NCBI GenBank assembly: GCA_963719945.1 | Contig: CAVRDX010000003.1 | Span: 96,001-160,000 of the forward strand | Length of the DNA stretch: 64,000 bases | Reading direction: 5' to 3' | Source: an uncultured Thermoplasmata archaeon | GTDB lineage: Archaea > Thermoplasmatota > Thermoplasmata > UBA10834 | Position numbers and translations under genes: made by a program | Shown here: positions 49,411 through 58,255 of the stretch, piece after piece | How the letters are laid out: each line of letters starts with the position of its first letter | How positions within the stretch are numbered: position 1 is the stretch's first letter | The notes under the pieces: generated by a model | What the model was told of the DNA's origin: nothing | The model's input: the letters and a program-made list of their open reading frames with translations, nothing else | Database searches by the model: none

Positions 49411-49659
49411 GTGATCTTTCTGACTTTCAGACTCAAAGTAAAGAACGCAGAGACAGGTGCTGCCGTCGAGATGGAGCTAGAGGGTGACAATACCATCGAT
49501 GAGATCATCGAGAGCGCCGCCACTTTCTGGAATAAGGACATGGGCGCATATGTCCTGAGAAAGGGCAAGAAGGTGCTTCGCGGTGGTTCCTCTATCAAGG
49601 ATGCCGGGATAATTGGCGAAGATGTGCTGGAACTCATTCCAGATCCTGAAGGCGGATAG
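49411..49659 (+). CDS. Ubiquitin-like beta-grasp protein with free C-terminal GG
   Basis: About 80 aa with a ubiquitin-like pattern (LKVK..TG...MEL...TI...GKKVL...SIKDAGI...LEL), ending PEGG-stop. Confidence 0.88.
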   Translation: MIFLTFRLKVKNAETGAAVEMELEGDNTIDEIIESAATFWNKDMGAYVLRKGKKVLRGGSSIKDAGIIGEDVLELIPDPEGG

Positions 49660-49664
49660 TAGGG

Positions 49665-50186
49665 ATGTCTCTTCCGGCTGATGTGCTCAGAAAGCGTCTA
49701 AAGAACGAGATAGAGATTTGTCAACGTGAGCTCAGGCATCATATCTCTGTCTCTGATCCGGCCATCATCTCCTTCCCTATTTTGATCAACGTGCACATGC
49801 TGCGCGTACCAGGCCCTACATGGGAGGAGAACAAGATTGTACACAGGTTCGTTCATAAGATTGCGATTCTGATAAGTGAGGAGTATCCGATCGAGAAACC
49901 GATAGTCAAGTGGCAGACACCAATCTTCCATCCGAACATAATGCCCCCTGAGGACGGCGGTTATGTGTGTACGAAATTGCTGGAGAACTGGGATTTCAGC
50001 TCGACCTTGGCTACATTCATACGGGGTATCGAATCGCTTTTGGTGAATCCGAATCCAAAAAACCCGTTCGGATGTGACACATGTACTAGAGCCGCTGCAT
50101 ACTTCAATCGTGTGAGATATCAGCCGCCTACTGTGATGGATCAGACGGACCGTAGAATCAGGATTGTGAGGGGTTCCGATGCCTAG
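49665..50186 (+). CDS. Ubiquitin-conjugating enzyme E2 (UBC family)
   Basis: KRLKNE, YPIEKPIVKWQTPIFHPNI...GYVCTKLL..W...TL...IESLLVNPNPKNP. Confidence 0.93.
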   Translation: MSLPADVLRKRLKNEIEICQRELRHHISVSDPAIISFPILINVHMLRVPGPTWEENKIVHRFVHKIAILISEEYPIEKPIVKWQTPIFHPNIMPPEDGGYVCTKLLENWDFSSTLATFIRGIESLLVNPNPKNPFGCDTCTRAAAYFNRVRYQPPTVMDQTDRRIRIVRGSDA

Positions 50187-50823
50187 GCCAAGGATCGTTA
50201 ATGAGATCCAGCTCAAGATTTCAGAGATAGCGCCGCCATCAGTTGACAGCATCAATCATCATGATTGGCTATCCGAGGAATCCCTCTCGGCATTCCATCG
50301 GGTTCTTGAGTCTGGGTCAACATTTGAAATGTACTTGTCCGAAGCTGCAAACTGCAAGATCGTGTCCCAAGCGGAGGATTCGGCTCCAAAGAGGCTCGAG
50401 GTGATGGGGTTTATGTTGGGCGAGGTGTGTTCTTGGAGAGGCGAGACTTACACGATCGTCTGGGATATCGGCACAACCTCTCTGAATAGCACGACTGCGA
50501 AGGTCAGGTTTGACCATAGGGCACTTCCGCGACTCTTCGGTGAACTCGATCGTTCTGGATTCGATTATGTCATAGTCGGCTGGTACCATTCCCATCCCGG
50601 GCACACTTGTTTCCTGTCAAAGACTGACCTCGACACTCAAAAGGCCATGTTCAATCAACCTTTTCATTCCGCGCTTGTCGTAGACCCGATAAACGCCGAT
50701 GTCAAGGTCTTCAAGCTCTCGGATCAGGGGTATCGCGAGGTTCCGTTTGCCATCACTTGCGCGGCTCGTGAAGGTAGAGCCGTGGAGAATCGTCAACGCA
50801 TTCGCCGACTCAAGACGAGATGA
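50179..50823 (+). CDS. JAMM/MPN+ metalloprotease (Rpn11/CSN5-like)
   Basis: EVMGFMLG, VGWYHSHPG...LSKTDLDTQ, ALVVDPI. Overlaps the E2 3' end by 8 nt. Confidence 0.93.
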   Translation: MPRPRIVNEIQLKISEIAPPSVDSINHHDWLSEESLSAFHRVLESGSTFEMYLSEAANCKIVSQAEDSAPKRLEVMGFMLGEVCSWRGETYTIVWDIGTTSLNSTTAKVRFDHRALPRLFGELDRSGFDYVIVGWYHSHPGHTCFLSKTDLDTQKAMFNQPFHSALVVDPINADVKVFKLSDQGYREVPFAITCAAREGRAVENRQRIRRLKTR

Positions 50824-50904
50824 ATACATATGGTATGTGGGGGTATCTCTGGAAAGGTTTTTCGTGTCGACTTGTGTTAAGGAGTCAGGAGCCGGGGATG
50901 TAGA

Positions 50905-52062
50905 GTGACGAATGCGTATCGACTTGCCTGCATAATCGCAATGGTTGCTATAGTGTCGTCATCCATCCCTGTGAACGTATCCGGGGCCGCGGACTATGCT
51001 CTCTTTGTATCCGTCGACGAGACCAAGGTGAGCATGATATCTGGCAATTTCTCTGTTGCCGTGACCAGGGACTGGCCCCGAATCATATTCTGGCATACGA
51101 TCGATCCATTCTCGCCGACGTTCGAAGCTAGTTTTCCTCGGATGCATGTATTCAATGACTCTGATGACGACGGGATCTTCTGCAGATCCGAGGCCGTTGG
51201 CACGGTGTTCTTCGACTCCAATCATGCTACCTGGAACCTCTCCTCGATAATCTCTGATTATACTCCCGATATGGGCGAATACGCCATGTTCAGCATGTCT
51301 GCGGAGACATCAGTGTACAATGTATCCGGAGTAGGCCCTGCCATCATTGAGAACTGGGCGAATGTCACTTTCTGGTTCTGCTTGGCTGAGAAATCTGTCA
51401 CCTATGAAGCGCCTTTGGGCAGTTTTGTTGTTTCTGGCAAGACTGAGATGCGAGTCAACATGACCATTAGGATCAATAATTCCACATTCGCAGATTATAT
51501 CGCACTTGAGCGATTCCTGCAAGGTGGAGGAACGACGAATTCGTTCTTGGTGACGGAGGGTGATTTCCGATCCGATCCGGTTCTCACGCTTCTGTCTGGG
51601 TGGGACGATGAGACTCTCCTCGGCGAAGACTACACGAGACCTCTCAGGCAGACAGATGACGCAATCCAGGGCATCATGTACATCAAGGCGGATAAGACCG
51701 CTCAGGCACATTTTCTCTGGGGCACGGCTGCGCTGATGAACAACAAGTCATCGTCATTTGATTATGTGCTTGGTTCATCGTGCTACACAACAGGCGCTGG
51801 TCTGATGTTGCATTCCGCCATTCCTATCTCCAATGATACATGTTCCATTGGAGACCAAACTATCATCGGAATCGATGAATCGGGGTTTGTCGGAGGAGTC
51901 AGCGATTGGATAATGGAGTATCTTCCAGTGTTCGTCGGACTCATCATAGCCACAACGATATCTGTGCTGGCATTCTATCTCATCCGAAAGAAGCAGAAAA
52001 TCAAATCAAAAACGGAATCTGCGGATGATCTCGAGACGGATGAGATTCTGGGCGGTGTCTAG
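50905..52062 (+). CDS. Secreted membrane-anchored hypothetical protein
   Basis: Signal peptide, DSDDDG Ca-like motif, C-terminal TM helix and Lys-rich tail. Confidence 0.75.
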   Translation: MTNAYRLACIIAMVAIVSSSIPVNVSGAADYALFVSVDETKVSMISGNFSVAVTRDWPRIIFWHTIDPFSPTFEASFPRMHVFNDSDDDGIFCRSEAVGTVFFDSNHATWNLSSIISDYTPDMGEYAMFSMSAETSVYNVSGVGPAIIENWANVTFWFCLAEKSVTYEAPLGSFVVSGKTEMRVNMTIRINNSTFADYIALERFLQGGGTTNSFLVTEGDFRSDPVLTLLSGWDDETLLGEDYTRPLRQTDDAIQGIMYIKADKTAQAHFLWGTAALMNNKSSSFDYVLGSSCYTTGAGLMLHSAIPISNDTCSIGDQTIIGIDESGFVGGVSDWIMEYLPVFVGLIIATTISVLAFYLIRKKQKIKSKTESADDLETDEILGGV

Positions 52063-52595
52063 ACCCAGATCGCATGCCGCTTCCTGAGGGACCCCTCGCT
52101 CTGTCCGAGTTTCTCCATCAGTTTGGCAACGATACTGTCGAGATAGATCAGGGTGGCATCCTCGAAAAGAGTTCCGAGCGGTGCGAGAGTCTTCCTATAG
52201 TCATCCTTCGGAGGGTGTATCAGCATGACTAGATTGGATGCGCTCGCTAGCTTCGAGTGAGCATTGGCGGTGATTGTAATCACTCTCGCCCCGACCCTTC
52301 GTACGATATTCGCGGTCTGGATGGCGGACATCGTCTCTCCAGTGTGCGACACGATAATCACCAGGTTTCCTTCCTCGACAATGGGTGTGATAGTCTCGCC
52401 GACAAAATAGACTTCTAACCCCATCTGAACCAGTCTTATCGCGAATGCTTTGGCTATCAGGCCGGAGCGGCCAACACCATAAATGAAGATCCTGCGCGAT
52501 TCGATGATGGCATCTACAAACTTGTCCGTTTCCTCGACTTCATTTTCGAGCGTTTGCTGAATGCTCTTCAGTATATATTCGACGCTCTCCTTCAT
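52059..52595 (-). CDS. hxlB: 6-phospho-3-hexuloisomerase (SIS domain)
   Basis: GVGRSG, FAIRLVQMG, VGETITP, SHTGET, APLGTLFE, RH. Confidence 0.88.
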   Translation of the reverse strand: MKESVEYILKSIQQTLENEVEETDKFVDAIIESRRIFIYGVGRSGLIAKAFAIRLVQMGLEVYFVGETITPIVEEGNLVIIVSHTGETMSAIQTANIVRRVGARVITITANAHSKLASASNLVMLIHPPKDDYRKTLAPLGTLFEDATLIYLDSIVAKLMEKLGQSEGSLRKRHAIWV

Positions 52596-53635
52596 TTGGA
52601 TCCGGCCTTTTCCTTCTTCGAGCTGGTCTTCACCTCTTTGGAGACCTTCTTCGCTAGAACCCTCTCAAGGATGACCTTCATGTACATGGCATCATGCTCA
52701 AGCAGAGGTGAGCCAGATATGATTGTAATCGAATCGTTCCTGTCCACGATCGTTTCGGCCAGTGGCTCGAACCTGAGATCACCTTTCTTGATCGAAGTGT
52801 ATCTCTTCTCATTGCCGTTATCATGCTCAACGCCAGAGAAATGGGTGTAATACTCCCCCTTTATCAGATCACTTGTGGAATCCAATAACGCCTCGAAGTT
52901 CTTCTGGTCCTTGAGTTGGCCGTCTTCCCTCGCGTGATAGTGTGCGAAATTGATCACCGGAACTACACCATCGATGTCCTTGCATAGCTTGGTGATTTCC
53001 TGAAGAGAGCCATATATCTCCTGTCTGCCGCTCAATTCCAGGCCTATGGGTGCAGATATCTTCTGCTTCTTGTACCAACCTGCAAGCTCCTTGACCTTTT
53101 CTTTTATACGTCTTTGTGCCAGCTTGGGATCGGTCTCGCCATATAATCCAAGGTGCGTGACGACCATGGTGCCTCCCAGCTCCTTGGCGATCACACCTCC
53201 CCATCGGATGGAGTCCATGCTCTTGAACGACAACTCGCCATCGCTCACGAGATCCATATAGTATGGTGTGTGAATCGACAGCGCGACATCCAATTCCTCG
53301 GCCATAATCTTGAGTTTCCTCAGGTCGCTGTAGTTGTTGGCCAAGCCGCTCGACAATGTCACGAGCCTGTCTTCTGCCTTTATTGGTTCATCAAGGTCAT
53401 AAATGACCTCTTCCTTCGATTCCTTCCTCCTCACGATCTCAATGACCATGTCATTGGGGAGTTCTATCGGTTTCAAACCAATCTCTTCAGGTTCTGCCGT
53501 CCTCTCTTGCACATGCGCTCTGACCAACTGCGCCTCTAGCGCGGTGAGTCCGAGATGGTGAACATCCTCGATGCCATCCTTTAAAGTACGTCCTTTGCAG
53601 GATAGTGGTATTCCTGCAGGACCAAAACGTATCAT
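52592..53635 (-). CDS. Endonuclease IV-like TIM-barrel protein with N-terminal insertion
   Basis: FGPAGIP, SIHTPYY, GLELSG, FAHYHAR, HFSG.E, SPLLEHDA. Confidence 0.8.
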   Translation of the reverse strand: MIRFGPAGIPLSCKGRTLKDGIEDVHHLGLTALEAQLVRAHVQERTAEPEEIGLKPIELPNDMVIEIVRRKESKEEVIYDLDEPIKAEDRLVTLSSGLANNYSDLRKLKIMAEELDVALSIHTPYYMDLVSDGELSFKSMDSIRWGGVIAKELGGTMVVTHLGLYGETDPKLAQRRIKEKVKELAGWYKKQKISAPIGLELSGRQEIYGSLQEITKLCKDIDGVVPVINFAHYHAREDGQLKDQKNFEALLDSTSDLIKGEYYTHFSGVEHDNGNEKRYTSIKKGDLRFEPLAETIVDRNDSITIISGSPLLEHDAMYMKVILERVLAKKVSKEVKTSSKKEKAGSK

Positions 53636-53879
53636 CTGAAATCCCTGAGCCCAGCTGGGTTTCCCGTGTATTACTTACTCCGTATATATTTTCTGTTGGA
53701 CCGACATATAATTGTTGCTACGGGGATTTGCTCCATGTCGAAGGTCCTTCAATGGCCGGTTCATGAATGACATCTGGCTCTGTCCAGATAACATGGACCA
53801 GTCTGCTCCCACAATACAAAGCTTTATAAACCGTTCCCACATTAAGACGCCTGCTCTCTGGTTGTCGGAGGAGTCAGAT

Positions 53880-54245
53880 ATGGGAAAGAAAACTAACAAG
53901 ACAAATCCCAACCTCGTGAGCCTGATACAGCGTCTGAAGGACGCAAGCAGGACTAACGAGGCACCTGTCTGGCGAGACATCGCAATTCGTCTAGAGGGAC
54001 CAGCAAGCAACTGGGCTGAGGTCAATGTCAGCAAACTCAACCGCTACGCGGAAGAGAATGATGTTGTCGTCATCCCTGGAAAGTTGCTCGGGTCCGGCGA
54101 TCTTGCGAAGCAGCTGACCGTCGCGGCGTACAGGTTTTCGGGACAGGCCAAGGATAAAGTGAAGAATGCTGGTGGACAGAACATGTCCATAGATGAGCTC
54201 ATCGCAAAGAACCCGAAGGGCTCCAAGATCAGGATTATGGGGTGA
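53880..54245 (+). CDS. rpl18e: 50S ribosomal protein L18e
   Basis: KTNPNL, AEVNVSKL, PGKLLGSG, NPKGS. Upstream TATA TTTATAAA at about 53823. Confidence 0.96.
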   Translation: MGKKTNKTNPNLVSLIQRLKDASRTNEAPVWRDIAIRLEGPASNWAEVNVSKLNRYAEENDVVVIPGKLLGSGDLAKQLTVAAYRFSGQAKDKVKNAGGQNMSIDELIAKNPKGSKIRIMG

Positions 54246-54249
54246 TCTG

Positions 54250-54675
54250 ATGGCGGTTATTGATGCTGATGGACTCGTCCTGGGAAGATTGTGCACACAT
54301 GTCGCAAAGCGTCTTCTCAACGGTGAGGAGATCTCTGTAGTGAACGCCGAGAATGCCATTGTCTCTGGAAACAGGGTCCAACTGCTCGCATTCTACAAGC
54401 ACAGGAGATCCCGAGGTAAGAACACACACGGTCCTTACTATCCGCGAAATGCGGATATGATACTCAAGCGCTCAGTCAGGGGCATGCTCGAATACAAGAA
54501 ACCCTCTGGACGAGCCGCCTATAAGAGGCTAAAGGTGTATGTCGGCGTCCCTGAGTCACTCAAGGGTCAGAAGCCAGAGACCCTTGAGAGCGCGAAGAAG
54601 CCACACCTTGTCAAGTACGTGCAGCTTAAGGAAATTACACTTGAACTGGGCTCTAGCAGGGAGTTGAACAAATGA
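54250..54675 (+). CDS. rpl13: 50S ribosomal protein L13
   Basis: IDADGLVLGRL, VNAE, GPYYPR, RSVRGML, LKVYVGVP. Confidence 0.96.
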   Translation: MAVIDADGLVLGRLCTHVAKRLLNGEEISVVNAENAIVSGNRVQLLAFYKHRRSRGKNTHGPYYPRNADMILKRSVRGMLEYKKPSGRAAYKRLKVYVGVPESLKGQKPETLESAKKPHLVKYVQLKEITLELGSSRELNK

Positions 54676-55070
54676 AGGTTGTTGTTGCTAGCGGCAAGAG
54701 GAAGAGCGCTGTCGCGCGCGCAAGCGTCAAGAAGGGCAAGGGTCTGGTTCGAGTGAACAACGTTCCGATCGAGATATTCGAACCGGCACTCGCTAGAACC
54801 AAGATCATGGAGCCATTGACACTCGCCGGCGAACTGTCATCGAAGGTAAACATCGATGTGAATGTCCAGGGCGGAGGCATAATGGGACAGGCCTCAGCTT
54901 CAAGGACCGCGATTGCCAAGGGCATGGTGCAGTTCCTCGAGGACAAGGACCTCGAATCGATGTTCATGAAGTACGATCGTTCGCTCCTTGTGTCGGATCC
55001 GAGGAGAAAGCTTCCAAAGACGCCTTTGGGAAGAGGTGCAAGGAAGAAGCGCCAGAAATCGTACAGGTGA
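54672..55070 (+). CDS. rps9: 30S ribosomal protein S9
   Basis: GKRKSAVARA, GGGIMGQ, GARKKRQKSYR. Confidence 0.97.
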   Translation: MKVVVASGKRKSAVARASVKKGKGLVRVNNVPIEIFEPALARTKIMEPLTLAGELSSKVNIDVNVQGGGIMGQASASRTAIAKGMVQFLEDKDLESMFMKYDRSLLVSDPRRKLPKTPLGRGARKKRQKSYR

Positions 55071-55076
55071 TCTACC

Positions 55077-55265
55077 TTGATAATACCCGTCAGATGTTTC
55101 ACTTGCGGAAAGGTCATCGGCAGTGCATACGAGGAATTCGTTAAGAGGGTCGAGATGGGAGAGCCGGCGAAAGACGTCCTCGATGCTCTACACCTCGACA
55201 GATACTGCTGCCGAAGGATGATCCTCACGCATGCGAACCTGATAGACGAAGTGGCTCCCTATTGA
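55077..55265 (+). CDS. rpoN: DNA-directed RNA polymerase subunit N (Rpo10)
   Basis: [12 protein letters not shown]...RYCCRRM. Confidence 0.97.
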   Translation: MIIPVRCFTCGKVIGSAYEEFVKRVEMGEPAKDVLDALHLDRYCCRRMILTHANLIDEVAPY

Positions 55266-55300
55266 AGATAGGGAGCCCCCTTCCAAAATTTTTCCTTCTC

Positions 55301-55373
55301 GGGCCCGTGGGGTAGCTTGGTATCCTTCCAGCTTGGGGTGCTGGTGACTCGTGTTCAAATCGCGACGGGCCCA
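55301..55373 (+). tRNA. tRNA-Pro(GGG)
   Basis: Acceptor GGGCCCG/CGGGCCC, anticodon arm CCAGC-TTGGGGT-GCTGG, T-loop TTCAAAT. Confidence 0.92.
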
Positions 55374-55394
55374 CTCAAGTACTACACATTATTC

Positions 55395-57233
55395 CTATTT
55401 CGCCAGTCTGTGTTCCTTCCTTTCTGAAACCTTCTCAAGCATGACGACCATTGTAGTGCCCTTGGTATGATCACCTGGCACATGGTTTTCTGCCCAGATG
55501 ATTCCTCCACAGGCGTTTGCGATCTTTCTCACCACGTGAAGGCCCAGGCCGGTTCCAGACACTGCGTTATCCCCTCTGAAGTATCTTTCAAAAATCTTCT
55601 CCTTGTCTTGGTCCTGGATACCTTTTCCGTTATCAATTACTCTGACGCACCAGAACTCCTTGTTCTTATGAGTCTCAGTCTGAGCCGTGACCTTGATTCT
55701 TACATCCGGTTTCGAATCGAATTTGACCGCATTGGTCAGCAGATTGACGAATAATCGACCAATGAGTGGATTGGCTTTAGCGTAGCATCCGTTCCTCGGG
55801 ACCTCCATGGAGATTGAGACCTTCCTATCGAAGAATATCGCCTTTGTCTCATCAACCGCCTCAGACATGACTTGGGATAGATCCCTTGGTTCACTCTCTT
55901 CCCCGTCGAGCGCATCCGCTTTTGACAGATCGCGGACGACGGCAGCCAATTCATAAGCTCCCTTGATATTCTTGACAATCACACCGACAGCCTTTCTATC
56001 CTTATCTGAAAGGTCAGCGGACTTCTTCACGGTATCAAGGAAGTGCATTGAAGCGGTCATGTAGTTGATGATGTCATGAGACAATAGGTCGTTGAAGAAC
56101 GCAGAATCATTCATCGCCTGCTCCATCTTTGTGCGCAGAATACTCTTCTCAGAAATATCTCTAATGACTAGGTGCACGCATTTCTCAGAGTGAATTGTGG
56201 TGAATCGAGCGGATATGTCTCCGACGATCTTCCGGCCGTCTCTGCCAATAAAGACCATAGTCCGGCCCTTGGCGATCCCTTCCTTATCGATCTGCCAGAC
56301 GCATCTGTCCCAGGCATCCTTTCCGTCCAGAAGGTAGGTGTCGATCCCAGCGTTCACGGGTCCATCGTCTGATATGTAGCCAAGCATCTCATTTGCGGCT
56401 TCATTGACCGTTTTCATCACACCATCGAGGGTGCATATAACAATCGGGTCCGGTGAGAGGTCGATCAGGGATCGGTATTTCTCTTCGGACCTTGACAATT
56501 CCTCAGTCCTCTTCCTGACCTGTCTCTCCAGGTCAAGGTTGAGATTCTGCAGGTCAAGGTTCCGCGATAGGATCTCTTCATTCAGCCTGAGCGTGTGCTC
56601 GGATATAGATTCCCTCACTGGCTGGATGCTCAATCCCATCTGTGCCAGGACCGATTTCGGGGCTACGATGAATCTACAGATATTATCTCCTTTGGAGACA
56701 CATTCGAGTTCCATTCCGAGGATCTCGTCATCTCCTTCCTCCTTGCCTTTCACAGGGAAAACCAGTTTGCCTATTCCTGCCAGGAATCCAGATATGTATG
56801 AACAGGATGGGCTCCTCTGGATCTCTCCACTTTGCAGAAACCCTATGGTCTCCACAGAATCATGACATGTGAATTCGATCAGCCGATAAATCGGGTCTAT
56901 TCGATGGACTGCTATCTGGCCGAAGCCATCCCTGATGCACGCATCCACTATCGATGCCAGGAATTCTTGGGGTTCCTTTTCTTTCCGTGATGCGACGAGC
57001 TCGCCGAGGCATTGTGCGGCCGATTCAAGGCCAGCACGGTATGTTAGTTCCCTCTCGAAGTAGCCGACATCCACGCCCAAGACCCGCTTGAGCGCGCATA
57101 ATCCATAGGCTGCGGTGAGAGTCTTCCTGTCCCGATTCCCGGGAGTCGATTGCCCCTGCTCTCTCGGTCGATCATTGACCTTAGTGGGGCCGTTGCCGTT
57201 CTCTTGCTCCTTCATAGGAATCACCTGGTTCAA
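55395..57233 (-). CDS. Sensor histidine kinase with V4R and PAS domains
   Basis: V4R (CSYISGFLAG...ECVSKGDNICRF), coiled coil, PAS (SPDPI...RDISE), H-box SHDIIN, NLLTNAVK, DNGKGI, GTGLGL. Confidence 0.9.
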   Translation of the reverse strand: MNQVIPMKEQENGNGPTKVNDRPREQGQSTPGNRDRKTLTAAYGLCALKRVLGVDVGYFERELTYRAGLESAAQCLGELVASRKEKEPQEFLASIVDACIRDGFGQIAVHRIDPIYRLIEFTCHDSVETIGFLQSGEIQRSPSCSYISGFLAGIGKLVFPVKGKEEGDDEILGMELECVSKGDNICRFIVAPKSVLAQMGLSIQPVRESISEHTLRLNEEILSRNLDLQNLNLDLERQVRKRTEELSRSEEKYRSLIDLSPDPIVICTLDGVMKTVNEAANEMLGYISDDGPVNAGIDTYLLDGKDAWDRCVWQIDKEGIAKGRTMVFIGRDGRKIVGDISARFTTIHSEKCVHLVIRDISEKSILRTKMEQAMNDSAFFNDLLSHDIINYMTASMHFLDTVKKSADLSDKDRKAVGVIVKNIKGAYELAAVVRDLSKADALDGEESEPRDLSQVMSEAVDETKAIFFDRKVSISMEVPRNGCYAKANPLIGRLFVNLLTNAVKFDSKPDVRIKVTAQTETHKNKEFWCVRVIDNGKGIQDQDKEKIFERYFRGDNAVSGTGLGLHVVRKIANACGGIIWAENHVPGDHTKGTTMVVMLEKVSERKEHRLAK

Positions 57234-57372
57234 GCATTTCTTACATCTCTGCTTGTGTCGCAGGCACCGTGCCCAAGATGTCTATTTGTGGTGATTGGAA
57301 TGGTCGACAGAGTATATACTTTGGTGCTTACAATTTTCGAATCAATCATCCAATATGTTGACAAAACATCCA

Positions 57373-58239
57373 TCACTCATCCGCCTGGATGATCGCATGA
57401 GCGACTTTCAATGCCCTCACCGTCTCAGGAACATCGTGGACTCTGACAATGTCAGCACCGTTCCTTATCGCAACGACTGCGGCTGCGATCGACCCCTCCA
57501 GTCGCTGCTCTGGTGGCAGTCCCGTTATCTTCCCGATAAACGATTTCCTTGAGACGCCTATCACGATCGGCTTTCCCAGACTTCTGAACTCTCTCAATCT
57601 GGACAGAATCTGCAAGTTGTGGTCCAAGGTCTTGCCGAAACCGATGCCAGGGTCGACCATTATCTTCCTGGATCCTATCCCATCATTCTCCGCTTCTTCA
57701 ATCCGATCGCTTAGGAATGCCTTGATTTCCGCGACTACATCTCTGTATCGCGGCCTTGTCTGCATGGTTTTAGGCGCTCCTTTCATGTGCATGATGATCG
57801 CAGTCGCATCATGATCAGCGACGACCTTCCTCATTTCGCTGTGACGGAGACCTGTCACATCGTTGATGATGGTTGCTCCAGCATAGATCGCGCTCTCCGC
57901 GACCCTCGGTCTGTAAGTGTCTATGGAGATTCTTCCTGGATGCCGCCTTGCAAGCGCTTCCACGACTTCGATAGTCCTGCGCATCTCTTCTTCCTCTGAT
58001 GTTGGTTCAGAACCTGGCCTGGTCGATTCTCCACCTATGTCAACGATGTCCGCTCCTGAATCGAACATCATCTCTCCTCGTCCGATTGCAGTGAGATTAT
58101 CCCCAGCGATTCCGTCTCCTGAAAACGAATCCGGGGTGACGTTCAGGATTCCGATGACCCTGGGAACGTCCAATCTCAACGTGCAGGTGCCGAGTTTCAT
58201 AGAATCTGGTGAGCTATTCGTCCTCTTCTTTTCAGCCAA
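57373..58239 (-). CDS. folP: Dihydropteroate synthase
   Basis: GILNVTPDSFSG, DIGGESTRPG, DPGIGFGK, SRKS, RVHDV. Confidence 0.95.
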   Translation of the reverse strand: MAEKKRTNSSPDSMKLGTCTLRLDVPRVIGILNVTPDSFSGDGIAGDNLTAIGRGEMMFDSGADIVDIGGESTRPGSEPTSEEEEMRRTIEVVEALARRHPGRISIDTYRPRVAESAIYAGATIINDVTGLRHSEMRKVVADHDATAIIMHMKGAPKTMQTRPRYRDVVAEIKAFLSDRIEEAENDGIGSRKIMVDPGIGFGKTLDHNLQILSRLREFRSLGKPIVIGVSRKSFIGKITGLPPEQRLEGSIAAAVVAIRNGADIVRVHDVPETVRALKVAHAIIQADE

Positions 58240-58255
58240 GGTATCCTCACCGTCA

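Noticed and set aside
48565-49659. ThiF-ThiS or MoeB-MoaD sulfur-carrier pair
   Set aside because: The adjacent E2 and JAMM genes, and the absence of thiG, moaE or tRNA-thiolation neighbours, favour protein conjugation.
53880-55373. Ribosomal cluster lacking upstream rpoD and downstream rpoK/rps2
   Set aside because: Fragmentation of this superoperon is common in archaea and is not remarkable.
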